Source: the human T2T-CHM13v2.0 reference genome, Homo sapiens
NCBI RefSeq assembly: GCF_009914755.1
Contig: NC_060939.1
DNA length: 64,000 nucleotides
Reading direction: 5' to 3' (one strand)
The notes under the pieces: generated by a model
Told to the model about the DNA's origin: nothing
What the model saw: only the letters and a program-made list of their open reading frames with translations
Database searches by the model: none
Position numbers and translations under genes: made by a program
In this document: piece by piece, positions 1-11,733 of the stretch
Position numbering within the stretch: position 1 is the first letter of the stretch
Layout: each line of letters begins with the position of its first letter

Positions 1-2355
1 GTTTAAGGCGGAGCAGGGGAGAATTCTGGGTTTACAGCTGGCTGGAGTTCCAGTGAGACCAGCTCCATGGGTGGCCATACTTTATGGAAGTCCCCAAGGG
101 CAAGAGGAATTTTGGAGGAAGTGAGTCAGGGCTGAAAGGTCCAGCCTCTCCTCCATTAACAAGCTTGGTGGAAAGGGGGTGTCCTTTTATTAAAGGAGAC
201 AGTAGAGGTTTCTTAGAGAAGGCAGCTCGAGTAAGTTTAGGACAAAGGACATTTCCCTGGCCCCGGGACAATGGAAGGCTCTAAAAACGAGGTTCTAGTG
301 GCTGCCATAAATGACCCTGCTGTAACGATGGGAGGGGTGGCCTAAAGAGACAGTACTGTGGCTCTCCAGGGAGCTCTCCTCTTGGAAGAGCAGATCTGAA
401 GGCGGGAAGACTGGTTCTAAGGCCGAGGACATTGCCCCAAGCTTTGTGGAGGCACTCAGGAACACAAAGGGGCATTTCCAGTTGGGTTTGGAGCAGGAAG
501 AAGAACGAAAAAGAGAAAGTCCTGTGTGCCATGTCAGTGGGTGGCAGCATGGACTCAGCCTCAGCTATTGGCACCAAGGATCTGAACCAGGGAGGACCCA
601 GAAGGGGAGCCCAGCCCCTCCACCAGCTTGTGGGAGAGCGCTGCTGCCCAGTGAAGCCTGGAGAGAGGAAACAACTGGATTCTCCCAAAGCGGGAGAAGG
701 TGGAGTCTCCAGCCACCCAGCTACAAGCTAGGAAGACGCCTTGTAGAAGGCTCCTTACAGGGAGGAAACCGAGTTGGAAAGGCGAGACAGCAGTGTGGGC
801 TCACCCGGAGCAAGACGTGTGAAATCAGCTTTTGACAGCGTGGCTGAATGAGGATCTGGAGATGCGAGGCGCTGGGCAGACTCTCTGACTAGATCCCTGG
901 ATATGAAGAGGCAAAGCCAGCTCTAGATGGATTCATAGTGAGTGTCTGCTTCTGACAATAACTGGCAGAAAGCTGATGAGCCTGGAGCAGGGCTGTGAAA
1001 TGCAAATCCAGTGAAATCCAGCCACTCCTACAAAAACCCACCACATCTTAGGTTACTTGTGGGCGGAAACGCTTTTTCTCTCAGTTGAAGCTTGGTTGGA
1101 AGCAGATGTTTCACTTGGGCATTGGAAGGGTCTGGGGAAATGTGCTGCCTCCTAGGCCAGGGACATTAGCCAGAGGCCAGAATTAACTGAGGCTTTAGCA
1201 CCAGGTGACACCAACTTCATTGAGAAGCCAGCGGCAGTCCATAAAGAGGAAAAACCCAAGGCCTGCCCTGGACTCTGTCCCAGCCATGCTCCCAATTGGC
1301 CCTGTGATCCTGTCCATGTCTCTTCCTTGCTGGTCTCTGGCTAACGTCCACAGGTGGCATTCATGGGAGGTTCCAAGTTGGTCATCAAAGACTAAACATC
1401 TGGGCTTGGCAGCTGAGCAGATGATAAGCAATTAACTCTGTATTACCATCAGAGGCTCCACCTCCCTCTGTAGTCCCAGTCCCTTGGGAAAATCTCAGAG
1501 CTGGAGCCCTTCCCTCATCCTCTGGCTCCCCACCCCATGGCTTCTCGAACAGTGTTCCCACCAGGACCTTGGGACAGGAGAGAACGCCTCACCTGAAGGA
1601 CTCCCAAAACTCAGGTTTCTCTAAGCTGCTGGGGCAGATGCCAAGAGCCTCCACTGCTCTCTCACTGCCAAGGACCTGGGTGTCCACCTAGATGTGGCCT
1701 TCAGGAGGCCAAGCAGTCCTTCCCCTCGCCTTTGTGTAGGACACTGGCACCTCGGCTGACTTCGGGGACAAGAAAAGGCAGGCTCCCGACCCCTTCCAAA
1801 GAATCATCTGGGGTTCAAGATGAGGCTTCTTTCTCCCGTCCCAAGTTTTGGTGTTTCTTCTGAGTCTGCTCAGAAAGATGAAATTAGGAGCAGACATCTC
1901 AGGTCCTGCCTGCCATAGCAGATGGCTCCTTCCCTGAGCCTCCATAAGCAGCACAGCACACTCATGCACACACCCACTGGCATTTTCTCTCACACTTTCA
2001 TACACTTGTGTCAACGCAGGTTCACAGCTCACACTTAACTGTGCATGCACACACAGATTTAGCACTTGGATTCATTCCCACACATGCACGTTCACAACCT
2101 GTGTGTGTCACCCTTCCTCCCCTACTCATGAGGGTGTATGCCCTGGTTCATACATGTAACCCTCACATGTGACACACCCAGTTCACACCCATTCATGCAC
2201 ACATACCTTCTCTTGTGCACACGTCCCCTTTCCCAGTGGTACACCCTCCTTCATGTGCACGCAGATGCTCCCAGCTATACCAGCTTGCTAGTGTTCTGCA
2301 CAGGTGCTTGCCTTGGCCCTCTGAATCCCTGACGCTTGGTTTTTCTGTGTTGCAG

Positions 2356-2506
2356 TCCTCCCGAGAGCTGGATGACAGCAGCAGTGAGTCCAGTGACCTC
2401 CAGCTGGAAGGCCCCAGCACCCTCAGGGTCCTGGACGAGAACCTTGCTGACCCCCAAGCAGAAGACAGACCTCTGGTTTTCTTTGACCTCAAGATTGACA
2501 ATGAAA
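2356..2506 (+). CDS. PML: PML exon 8a (151 nt; SSRELDDSSSESSDLQLEGPSTLRVLDENLADPQAEDRPLVFFDLKIDNE)
   Basis: Acceptor ...tgttgcAG|TCC at 2354-2355 and donor GT at 2507-2508. Translation matches recalled PML residues 571-620. The phase-1 end joins exon 9 in frame (A+CC = Thr). Confidence 0.97.
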
Positions 2507-2547
2507 GTGGGTTCTCCTGGGGCTACCCCCACCCCTTTCTAATTTAG
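2506..2547 (+). CDS. PML: PML exon 8b read-through: PML-IV-specific C-terminus SGFSWGYPHPFLI*
   Basis: If the 2507 donor is not used, the frame continues 13 codons to TAG at 2545-2547, giving the known 633-aa PML-IV end. Confidence 0.93.
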   Translation, partial: SGFSWGYPHPFLI

Positions 2548-2686
2548 TCTCTGAGTCCCAAAAAGAAGTGCAGGCAGAGCCATCTGCCAGGCCCAGGAGA
2601 GCTCTGAGCTCTGGCCAACAACTGCAGCCAGGCTGGGCAGAGCACTCCGGCTCACCTGGGCTCCTGGCGTGTCATTTGCTGGCTTG

Positions 2687-2692
2687 AATAAA
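2687..2692 (+). terminator. PML: Proximal polyadenylation signal (AATAAA) for exon 8b-terminating PML transcripts
   Basis: AATAAA about 140 nt after the PML-IV stop, followed by GT-rich sequence. Confidence 0.7.
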
Positions 2693-3587
2693 GATGTCCG
2701 CCTTATCCAGTGCCTGAGTGTGCGAGAGAGGCAGATGCCTCCACAAGTGCACCTCTGACCAGTTCTTCTCTCAGACAGAGAGCCTGGGGAACACACTCCT
2801 AGACAGAAACACAATGCGTGAGCTCATTGCCGTGAGCCCTGTCATCCAAGTAAGGCCTCTGGCTGTGCTACACGTTTCTGAGTAGAGGGCCAATCCCACA
2901 GGTGGCTGCACAGGGCTGCCCACAGATCCAAGGTCACAGAGGGATCAGACCCCTTATCCTGGAAGCCCCTCTACTTCCTCCAGTGCTTGCCCTGGCTCTG
3001 CAAATGCCCCTCCTTGAGCCAGAGCCCCAGGCCCTACCCTGTGGCATGGACTCAACATTGGGGCTAGCCCAGCCAGACAGAAACAGCAAGTGTTTTCATG
3101 GTACAGAAAAGTCATTTGCAGACCTCAGTGGGAGGCTCTTGGCCTTGCTCTGAGTGGAGTGCTTTCTATGTCCCAGGGCTCTGACTGGGCTGGGGTCCTT
3201 GAGGGGATTGGAGGAAGGAGCATGGGATGGAGAGCTAAGTTCAAGCAGCCTGGGATCTCTAGTATAGGTGGCTGAGGCTGATAGAAGACAGGAGGGACCT
3301 GTATCCATGGGGTTTGGCCAACTCTGGGGCCGGTAGTGGAGGAGGGGAGAGCTGGATCCCCAGCTGGTGAACAAAGTGTTTGGAGGGCAGCCGAGCCTCC
3401 CCTTCTGACTGCTATCCCATCACAACCAGGATCAGAGCTGCATTTGGGGGCTGATGTGTGGCTACTGCCAGCAGACCCCAAGGTGAGGTCTCTAGATGGT
3501 GAGTCAGCAGCCCTAGAGGACCCCCTGCTCCCACCCCAGAGCTCTCTGTGACCCTGGGTCCTCACCCTGCCCTTCTCTCCTGCCCAG

Positions 3588-4375
3588 CCCAGAAGATTAG
3601 CCAGCTGGCTGCGGTGAACCGGGAAAGCAAGTTCCGCGTGGTCATCCAGCCTGAAGCCCTCTTCAGCATCTACTCCAAGGCCGTGTCCCTGGAGGTGGGG
3701 CTGCAGCACTTCCTCAGCTTTCTGAGCTCCATGCGCCGCCCTATCTTGGCCTGCTACAAGCTGTGGGGGCCTGGCCTCCCAAACTTCTTCCGGGCCCTGG
3801 AGGACATTAACAGGCTGTGGGAATTCCAGGAGGCCATCTCGGGCTTCCTGGCTGCCCTGCCTCTCATCCGGGAGCGTGTGCCCGGGGCCAGCAGCTTCAA
3901 ACTCAAGAACCTGGCCCAGACCTACCTGGCGAGAAACATGAGCGAGCGCAGCGCCATGGCTGCCGTGCTGGCCATGCGTGACCTGTGCCGCCTCCTCGAG
4001 GTCTCCCCGGGCCCCCAGCTGGCCCAGCATGTCTACCCCTTCAGTAGCCTGCAGTGCTTTGCCTCCCTGCAGCCCCTGGTGCAGGCAGCTGTGCTGCCCC
4101 GGGCTGAGGCCCGCCTCCTGGCCCTACACAACGTGAGCTTCATGGAGCTGCTGAGTGCACACCGCCGTGACCGGCAGGGGGGCCTGAAGAAGTACAGCCG
4201 CTATCTAAGCCTGCAGACCACCACGTTGCCCCCTGCCCAGCCTGCTTTCAACCTGCAGGCTCTGGGCACCTACTTTGAAGGCCTGTTGGAGGGTCCGGCG
4301 CTGGCACGGGCAGAAGGAGTCTCCACCCCACTTGCTGGCCGTGGCTTGGCAGAGAGGGCCTCCCAGCAGAGCTGA
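3588..4375 (+). CDS. PML: PML exon 9 coding part: PML-I C-terminus with exonuclease-like domain (TQKISQLAAV...AERASQQS*)
   Basis: Pyrimidine tract and cAG acceptor at 3586-3587. ORF 3548..4375 from QKISQ onward matches recalled PML-I residues 622-882. Stop TGA at 4373-4375. Confidence 0.97.
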
Positions 4376-7190
4376 GAGGAGGGGGTGACCAGCTTGGAGT
4401 CTCTGGTGGGCAGAGAGGGATGGGGTCCCTGAGCCAGGCCCCACCCATCACAGCATTCCCAGGTCCTGGTACCCAGCCCTCAGTTGTCATTTGGTTCAGA
4501 ATCAGTTCCCTTTCTCTGGGACCAAATTTCCCTTCTCTAAACATCCTACAGAGAAGGTTCCAAAGCTGAGCACCCATCACCCTAGGTGTGCACCAGACTC
4601 CTATTAGCCCCTCCTTCCAGGAGCTAGAACCAGGGAGGTCCTGAGTGAGGAAGGCATGACCTCTGGGCTCTCTAGGTGGCCCTGGTCTTGCCCCATCCAT
4701 CCCACCTGCCACTACCTTGGGTGTCCTTACAGCTCTGCCCTGACCCCAGCCCCTGCCCCTGGACACCTGCTGACAGCTCCCACACAGAACAGTCTGAGGT
4801 GATGCTGGCTACAGCCCTGGCAGCCCATGGCAACTCAAAGTGCCTTCCAAACCAAACTGCCCCTCATGAGGTTAGGGTCCCCCACCCTCCACCTGCCCAG
4901 AGGCCAACTCTGTTCCCTTCTCCTTTCATCCCAGAGGGGCCTCATCAGCAAAGACAGAAACTGATGTTCCATGCATGTCCCTGCTTCCAAAGCCTGACCT
5001 TCCAAAGCTTGCTTCCTTCCTCCTGGCTGCACAGACACCTCTGCTTGGCCACAGCTTTGCTCTTTGGTCCTCAGGCCACCAGACCCCTCACAGCATGGCC
5101 CTTGGCTCTTCCTGCACTGCCCTCACCCTCAGCCGTCCCAAGGAGTGCCCAGCACTACTCAGCATGTAGTCCAGGACCTGCGGCATCAGCATCCCCTGGG
5201 AGCTTCTTAGAAATGCAGACCTGTGGGCTCTACCACAGGCCTCTGGAATCAGAATCTTCAGGGTGGGGCCCAGCAGTCTGTGTTTTAACAGGTTCTCCCG
5301 GTGATGCTGGTGCATGCTCAAGTTTGAGAACCGCTGCTCTCATAGACTGCTCCTCCAAGGGGAAGCAGTGTGGAACAGCAGAGAAAGTCCCGTCCCTATC
5401 TCTGACTGTGCAGTGAGTGTGGCCTAGGAACAGGTCCCTTCCTAAGCTCTAGTGTCCCCATCTGTAAAATGGGCTGATTGGCCTCCATGGTCAGAGCGGC
5501 CATCTGGCTGTGCCATCCTGCATTTTTAGGAATGGAAAGCAGGCCTCTGAGGCAGTGGACAGGAAGACTTCTCATCCTTGAATTCTAGCTCCCATTCCAA
5601 ACTGTTAGTCCCCAACCTTGTGGTCACATCAGAGGTCAACAGCAGAACAGAGGCAGGTCAGGGTTGTCCGCTCTGATTAGCAGAACGACAGCCCCTTCCT
5701 CCTCCTCCCTCCTTCCCATCCCTACTCATTAGCTCCCTGCTCCTGGGATGCTTCCCAAGCAGCCCAGGCCTCTAGCCTCCATGGCTGATGACCTCAGCTT
5801 TCACACTGGTGAAGTCTGTGTACCCATACTGCAGCCCCATCCCATGGGGCCCCTGAAGACCCACTGAGGAATTCCGTAGGGTCTTGTTCCCACGACCGGA
5901 GTGCTGGCTCTCACAGTGAATTTTGATGCATTTAAAATAAGATTCTGATGCCAGACTGTTAAAATAGGCGCTGGTTCTGAAGCACCGATGGAAACAGATT
6001 GATGCAGATGGAAGGAGGAAGGGAGACTGGGCCCACTGATTTCCAGCCCCACCATGTGTGCTGTTTTCAGATGTGATTGAGGGGTGTTCTGCCCTGCCTC
6101 CACTGTCACAGCCTTTAATAAAGATGTGAATCTTGAAAGCCTGATGCTCCAATCACAGACTCTGCTCAGCATCCCCAGAGGAACCACTGAGAAGCCTTTT
6201 GCCTGGATAGGAGGGGGCTCTCCCAGGCATAGGCTTGTGGCCACTTGCCCAGCACAACTGTGTTTTGTGGGGCGTCTTTTAGGACTTAGCAGAGCTGAGA
6301 GCCCTTTGTTGCTCAATGCTGTGAGCCTTAAGCATGTGAATCCCCCCACATGACAAGTGGGGAGACCCAGGGTAGGCTTTCCTTTGGATCATCTCCAAAT
6401 GGGAGTGCCATGTGGCAGGAAAGAAGCACCGATTTCAAGAATTACTTCCTAGAGAAAGTCAGGAACTAGAGACCAGAGTCTGCAGGAACTTTGCCACTGC
6501 CCTTCACTGGCTAATCCTGTACTTCTCTCTGTGTTCCTTGAGTGACAGGTGGTAAAACCCTTAAAAAGGGAGGTGTGGGAGGCCCAGGACTTTGGTAACA
6601 GGTGATGAATGTGTTGTCTTGGCCATCACAGGTGGAGCTTCAGTTAGTACCCGAGGGATTCCCCTGGCACAAGCATTATAGGAATTAGTCCACCACTGGC
6701 GTGGGTGAGCAGCCAGGTAATGGGAATTGATCAGTGCCACCACCCTTGACCCCAACTACCATCCCAGATGCCCAGATTCCAGTCCTGGAGTTTTATTCTC
6801 TCAGCTTGATCCTTTGACCAAGAAGATCCAGTCCCAATATGTCACCTGTGCTTCATCTTTGGACTATATCTCAGGTGTTTACGTGTCAACTAATGGGAGC
6901 TTACTGGGTTAGAAGTCAGGACACTGAGTTTCAATCCTCACTTAGTAGTCTGTGGCCCTCTTTGGCACATTAACCTCCCTCCTTGATCCTCAGGCTGCAC
7001 CTCTGGCAAATGGGAGAATGCGGCTCCTTTTGACTTCAAGGGATCTTTGTGGGAACCAATGAGAAAATGTGTGTGAAGATAGCTTTTTGGTATATTTTAA
7101 AAGTGCACAAATTTAAGATCTTACTGCTTTATAAAGTGCTTTATGAATTATAGGAAAATAAACACATTTTAGATCTTAGAAAAAAACAAA
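4376..7190 (+). other. PML: PML-I 3' UTR, with AATAAA at 6117-6122 and 7157-7162
   Basis: Follows the exon 9 stop; two canonical poly(A) hexamers, the distal one in AT-rich sequence. End position approximate. Confidence 0.75.
5147..5340. mobile_element. MER5A-type hAT DNA transposon fossil within the PML 3' UTR
   Basis: Characteristic segments gcatcagcatcccctggga..ttagaaatgcaga..gaatcagaatct..gtggggcccagcagtctgtgttttaaca..aagtttgagaacc. Confidence 0.75.
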
Positions 7191-7920
7191 AAAACATGGG
7201 CTTGTCTTCAGGGTAGTAAAGAACAAGATCTGGGATGAACAAACAATTGTGGGGGTCCTGGGGTCTGAAGGAGCCAAGATCAAGGGGTCAACCATGGAGG
7301 GGCTGGACAGGAGGTGGCACTGTGCTCCCAGCACACCCAGATGGGACATTTCACTCACTGGCGCCCGGAGTAGACAACAAGCTTTCTATGTGGCAGCTCA
7401 GCGAAGCCCTGCTCCAGGGTCTCCTTCTGAGGCCTGAAGTCATTTAAAAATCTGCTTTGCCCCTAACCCCAACCTGGCTCTTAGCTCCAGCAGCTGTCAC
7501 AGAGCCTGGTCAGGCTGTTTTCCCACCCTCTACTTCCCCTTGTCCTGGCCCATGTCCACCCTTCTCCCTGCCCATGTCCACCATTCTCCCTATCCCAGCC
7601 TCACTCTGACTCCTGGCCCCAACCCTGACCACTCTCCATGCCTCAGAGTCTCACCCTCAGCCTAGCCCTGCCAGCAGGCCCCATCTCCTCCTCTGACCTC
7701 AGCCTTGTCTCCGCCTCACACCCCAGGTGCCTCCAGCACCTAAGCCTAGAGTAAGGGGCTCCCTTCTCATCTTTCCTCACTCCTCACAATTAAGGAAACT
7801 CCATGGCTAGTGTGCATACCACCCGGGCTGGAATGCACCAAATGTCAAGTCAAAGGGGGTAGGACACAGGGAACCCTGCCTGGCGAGAAGGGGAGCTGAG
7901 CTAGGGCTGCTCCCGGACTC

Positions 7921-7940
7921 TGCCAGCAGAGGGCGCTGCA
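7921..7940 (+). promoter_or_regulatory. CTCF core motif (TGCCAGCAGAGGGCGCTGCA)
   Basis: Matches consensus CCASYAGRKGGCRS at all positions. Binding is not shown by sequence alone. Confidence 0.65.
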
Positions 7941-7945
7941 GCGCA

Positions 7946-7972
7946 CCCCCCCCCCCCCCCCCCCCCCCCCCC
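7946..7972. repeat. Poly-C homopolymer (27 C)
   Basis: Counted directly. Confidence 0.95.
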
Positions 7973-8182
7973 GCCACCCGGTGCCTGGCAACGGGCATGG
8001 GCCACGGTGGTGCTGGTGGTGCTGGTGGTTTAAGCTCAGGCAGCTCAGTCCTTTCTAAAGTGCTATGCGTGCTTCCTGTGGTATGGGAGATAACTGTAGA
8101 TACGAGGCACGTGGAGAAACATTTTTTTAAAATGTTAAACCTTTTATATTTAGTTTAACATCTGTTAGAAACAATACAACCA

Positions 8183-8504
8183 GGCCATGCGCGGTGGCTC
8201 ACACCTGTAATCCCAGCACTCACTTTGGGAGGCCGAGGCGGGTGGTTCACTTGAGGTCAGGAGTTCGAGACCAGCCTGGCCAACATGGTGAAACCTGTCT
8301 CTACTAAAAATACAAAAATTTGCTGGGTGTGGTGGCCCGTGCCTGCAATCCCAGCTATTCGGGAAGCTCTGAAGCAGGAGAATTGCTTGAACCTGGGAAG
8401 AGGAGGTTGCAGTGAGCCGCGATTGTGCCACTGCACTCCAGCCTAGATGACAAGAGTGAAATTCCGTCTCAAAAAAAAAAAAAAAAAAAAGGAAAAAGAA
8501 AAAA
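8183..8504 (+). mobile_element. Alu (AluS-like), full length, with target-site duplication
   Basis: Alu consensus and poly-A tail; TSD AGAAACAATACAACCA at 8167-8182 and 8505-8520. Confidence 0.95.
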
Positions 8505-8542
8505 AGAAACAATACAACCAGCTCATCGAAAGTCTGATTTCT

Positions 8543-8861
<319 letters not shown>

Positions 8862-11050
8862 TCAGAATGATGCTGAAGTGGAATTCTTTAAAGATCCACT
8901 TAGGACAAATAGTAAGTAACTCCACACTCGGAAGGGACACAGGTAGAGGAAAACTTATGACTGTGGAAGTGAATGGCCTGTTAATTTGGGGAAATACTGG
9001 GTTACCAGTGGACTTAGGGTGAGCTCCACAGCTAAGGATAGGGCCCAAGTTAGAACTGGGGTAAGGATGGGGTGGGCTTAGAATCGGGGTGAGGGTTAGA
9101 GCTAAAGTTCAGGGGAGGCCCCAGGTTAGGATTTGGGATTAGATCAGATGGAGGGGCACATTTGGTGCTTAAGGTTGAGAATAAACCTTAGGAATTAGGA
9201 ATTGAGTTAGAATTGGGGTGAGTTAGGAATTTAGTTAGAAATGGAGTTAAAGTCACTCTTCAGGCCACAAGTCTTTGTGACTTTAGTAACTGAAAAGTCC
9301 ATGGAACTGTGAACAGATGGGCAGGAGCTTCTCGACCCCCTAATAGGCACCCCAAGTTCAATCTGCCTTTTCCCCCAAATCCTCTTCTAGAAGCACCTGG
9401 CAGGGGCTCTGCCTGAGCTCACAACTCCAACAAGGTCAATGTACACCAATCGGATTGGAGGGACTGAGGAGTGGGCAATCCTGCCCAGGAGGGAGAGCAT
9501 GGGACAACCAGGTAAGACAACTGGGTACCAGACACGATTTCACCATTTAGCACAAGTAACCTTTAATCTTCCCAACTGTCCTATGTGGTTACAGCCCATC
9601 TTCCTCCTACAGAGGAGCACAGCAGGGCAGCAAGGCTGAGTACCTCGTCAGGGTCATTAAACTTGTATGTGGCAGAGCTGGGATTTGCCTGCGGGGAGCC
9701 TGTGTCTAGACTGGCACCATCTGTGGCCTACATCATGGAGCGCATGGCCACGTGTTGGGGGACAGGCTGCCTGGTCTCTCCTTCTCTCCTTTCTGTGCTC
9801 TCCTGAGTTGTCAGTCTCAGGTGATGCAGAAGGCAGGTCTCTGGAAGCTACCCCCACCTTCTCATCCCTGTGCTTGAACTTTCATTTTAATTTTTTCATT
9901 TAGGGCAGTGTTTCTGGACCTTTTTATAATTATTATTATTGTCCTCTTAAGGAGCATTTTTAGCATCTTTTCCCAATTGTGCCTCCCTGTATGAAATTTT
10001 AATACCATAGATACACTGTACATTCCATAGGATTTTCTAGATACAAGATCGCATCATCTGCGAATAGAGATGGTTTTACTTCTTCCTTACATGGACATAT
10101 GTATGGACTGTGAGCCTTTGGAGGGTCAGAAACCATGGTAATAGCCAAGATGGTCAACTGCCCTTCCTCCCCTGCCTTTTCATCCTCTGTGGGGTGATAA
10201 TGCCTCTGTTGAGAATGCATGATTTAGGGTAAGGCCCCACCCCGTTACAATGTAGGTAAGAAGTGGTCACGGGAAGGAGTGGGTGGGATGCGGGCTGCAC
10301 CTCTATGTGGGTGGAGACTAGGTGGGCCAGATGGAGGGAGATGGAAGGGAATGGAGATCCAGGTTTCTGAGAACACACTCGCCTGTAGTGGCCTTGGTCC
10401 TGGTCCCAGGCACAGGCACAGGCTGAGCCTGGGGCTAGGGGAGGAATGGGGCCAGTACCGTCACTTATTTTTGTCTCTGAATCCAGATGTCAGCTCCAGA
10501 CCCGCTGGACCTGAATAAAGCAAATACCTGTGGAGACTCTGTTGAGAGAAGAGTCTAGAATTTCAACAGATTCTCCCCATACTAAAAGCAAACAAACAAA
10601 AACAAAATGAAACAACCAAACAAACAAAAACAAAAAACAGGAAGTTTGGACGTCTCTGTTCACCCTTACAAAATGCATTTGCTGTCAAGTGAGGGGAAAA
10701 TTCCTTCATTCTTGGCTCAAGGAACTTCCTTAAACTAAGACCAGCTGCCTGGACTGTGCTAAATTCAGTTTATAAATATTATAAATATCCCAAACTTGAT
10801 AGCCAAGCACATTACAAAAGCTAGCTAGCTAACCGCAGAAATTTTCCAAAATGCTAGCCAGTCAGACAAGTATGAGATATTGTGAAATCCTGTGTTGCTT
10901 GTCTGATTTCCTGAAATCATTCCTCTCAGACTGAGTGCAGAAGGCCTGGGGGTGGAATTCAGGAGCACTGACTATCTCCTACAGTTCTAGAGCCTTAAAG
11001 CCCTGGCCGACCCCAGGGTGGATTGATTGCACAGTAAGTCAGACCAACCA

Positions 11051-11110
11051 GCTGGGCGCAGTGGCTCATGCCTGTAATCCCAGCACTTTGGGAGGCCGAG
11101 GCAAGTGGAC
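11051..11110 (+). mobile_element. Alu 5' fragment
   Basis: gctgggcgcagtggctcatgcctgtaatcccagcactttgggaggccgaggc, then abrupt loss of similarity. Confidence 0.8.
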
Positions 11111-11733
11111 CTAGGGTCATGAAGAAGGTGGAGGCACTGAGGCCCTGAGTGATTTTATAAAGAACACCTTAGCAAATATCCAGCACTATGGGTTCACCTT
11201 CACTCAGGACCCACAAAGCCCCACGTTCTGACAGATTTTGTTTATCAGACAAATTGCACTTAGTCATGCTTCATTCATTTTTCTCGGAGACTTCCCAGGT
11301 TACATAGACCTGAGATAATCTCCCCATCTCGCCGTCACCCCCCACGAAGACACTCCATGTTTCTGTTTGCAATACAGTCTTACATGGATCAATATTAGAT
11401 TTTCATGGTGCTCTTTGCATTTTGCAACTATTGCTTAAGCTGGAGACCCAAAACGAGCACTAGCTTTAGAGTCAAAGACTCCTGGATTCCAGTTTCAGCT
11501 GAGAGACTGTGAGCACATCGCCAGCCCACTCTGATCCTGTATCCTATTTGTACAATCACCTATTTCCCATCAATTGCAAGGCTGGAAAGAAAAGTGCCCA
11601 CTCTGGCCAGTACACGGTAGGAGCTTAGTAAGCTTAAGCTCTCTTGCTTCCCCACTACCCTAAAGTGTTAGGGGAAAGACAGATGTGGGGAATGTCACCT
11701 GGGAGGCTCCAGCTGTATGCTTCACAATCCTAC

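Noticed and set aside
3125-4030. 301-aa minus-strand ORF
   Set aside because: Antisense shadow of GC-rich PML exon 9; no recognisable protein.
4676-5416. 246-aa plus-strand ORF in the PML 3' UTR
   Set aside because: Non-ATG start, Pro/Ser-rich, runs through a MER5A fossil; expected by chance.
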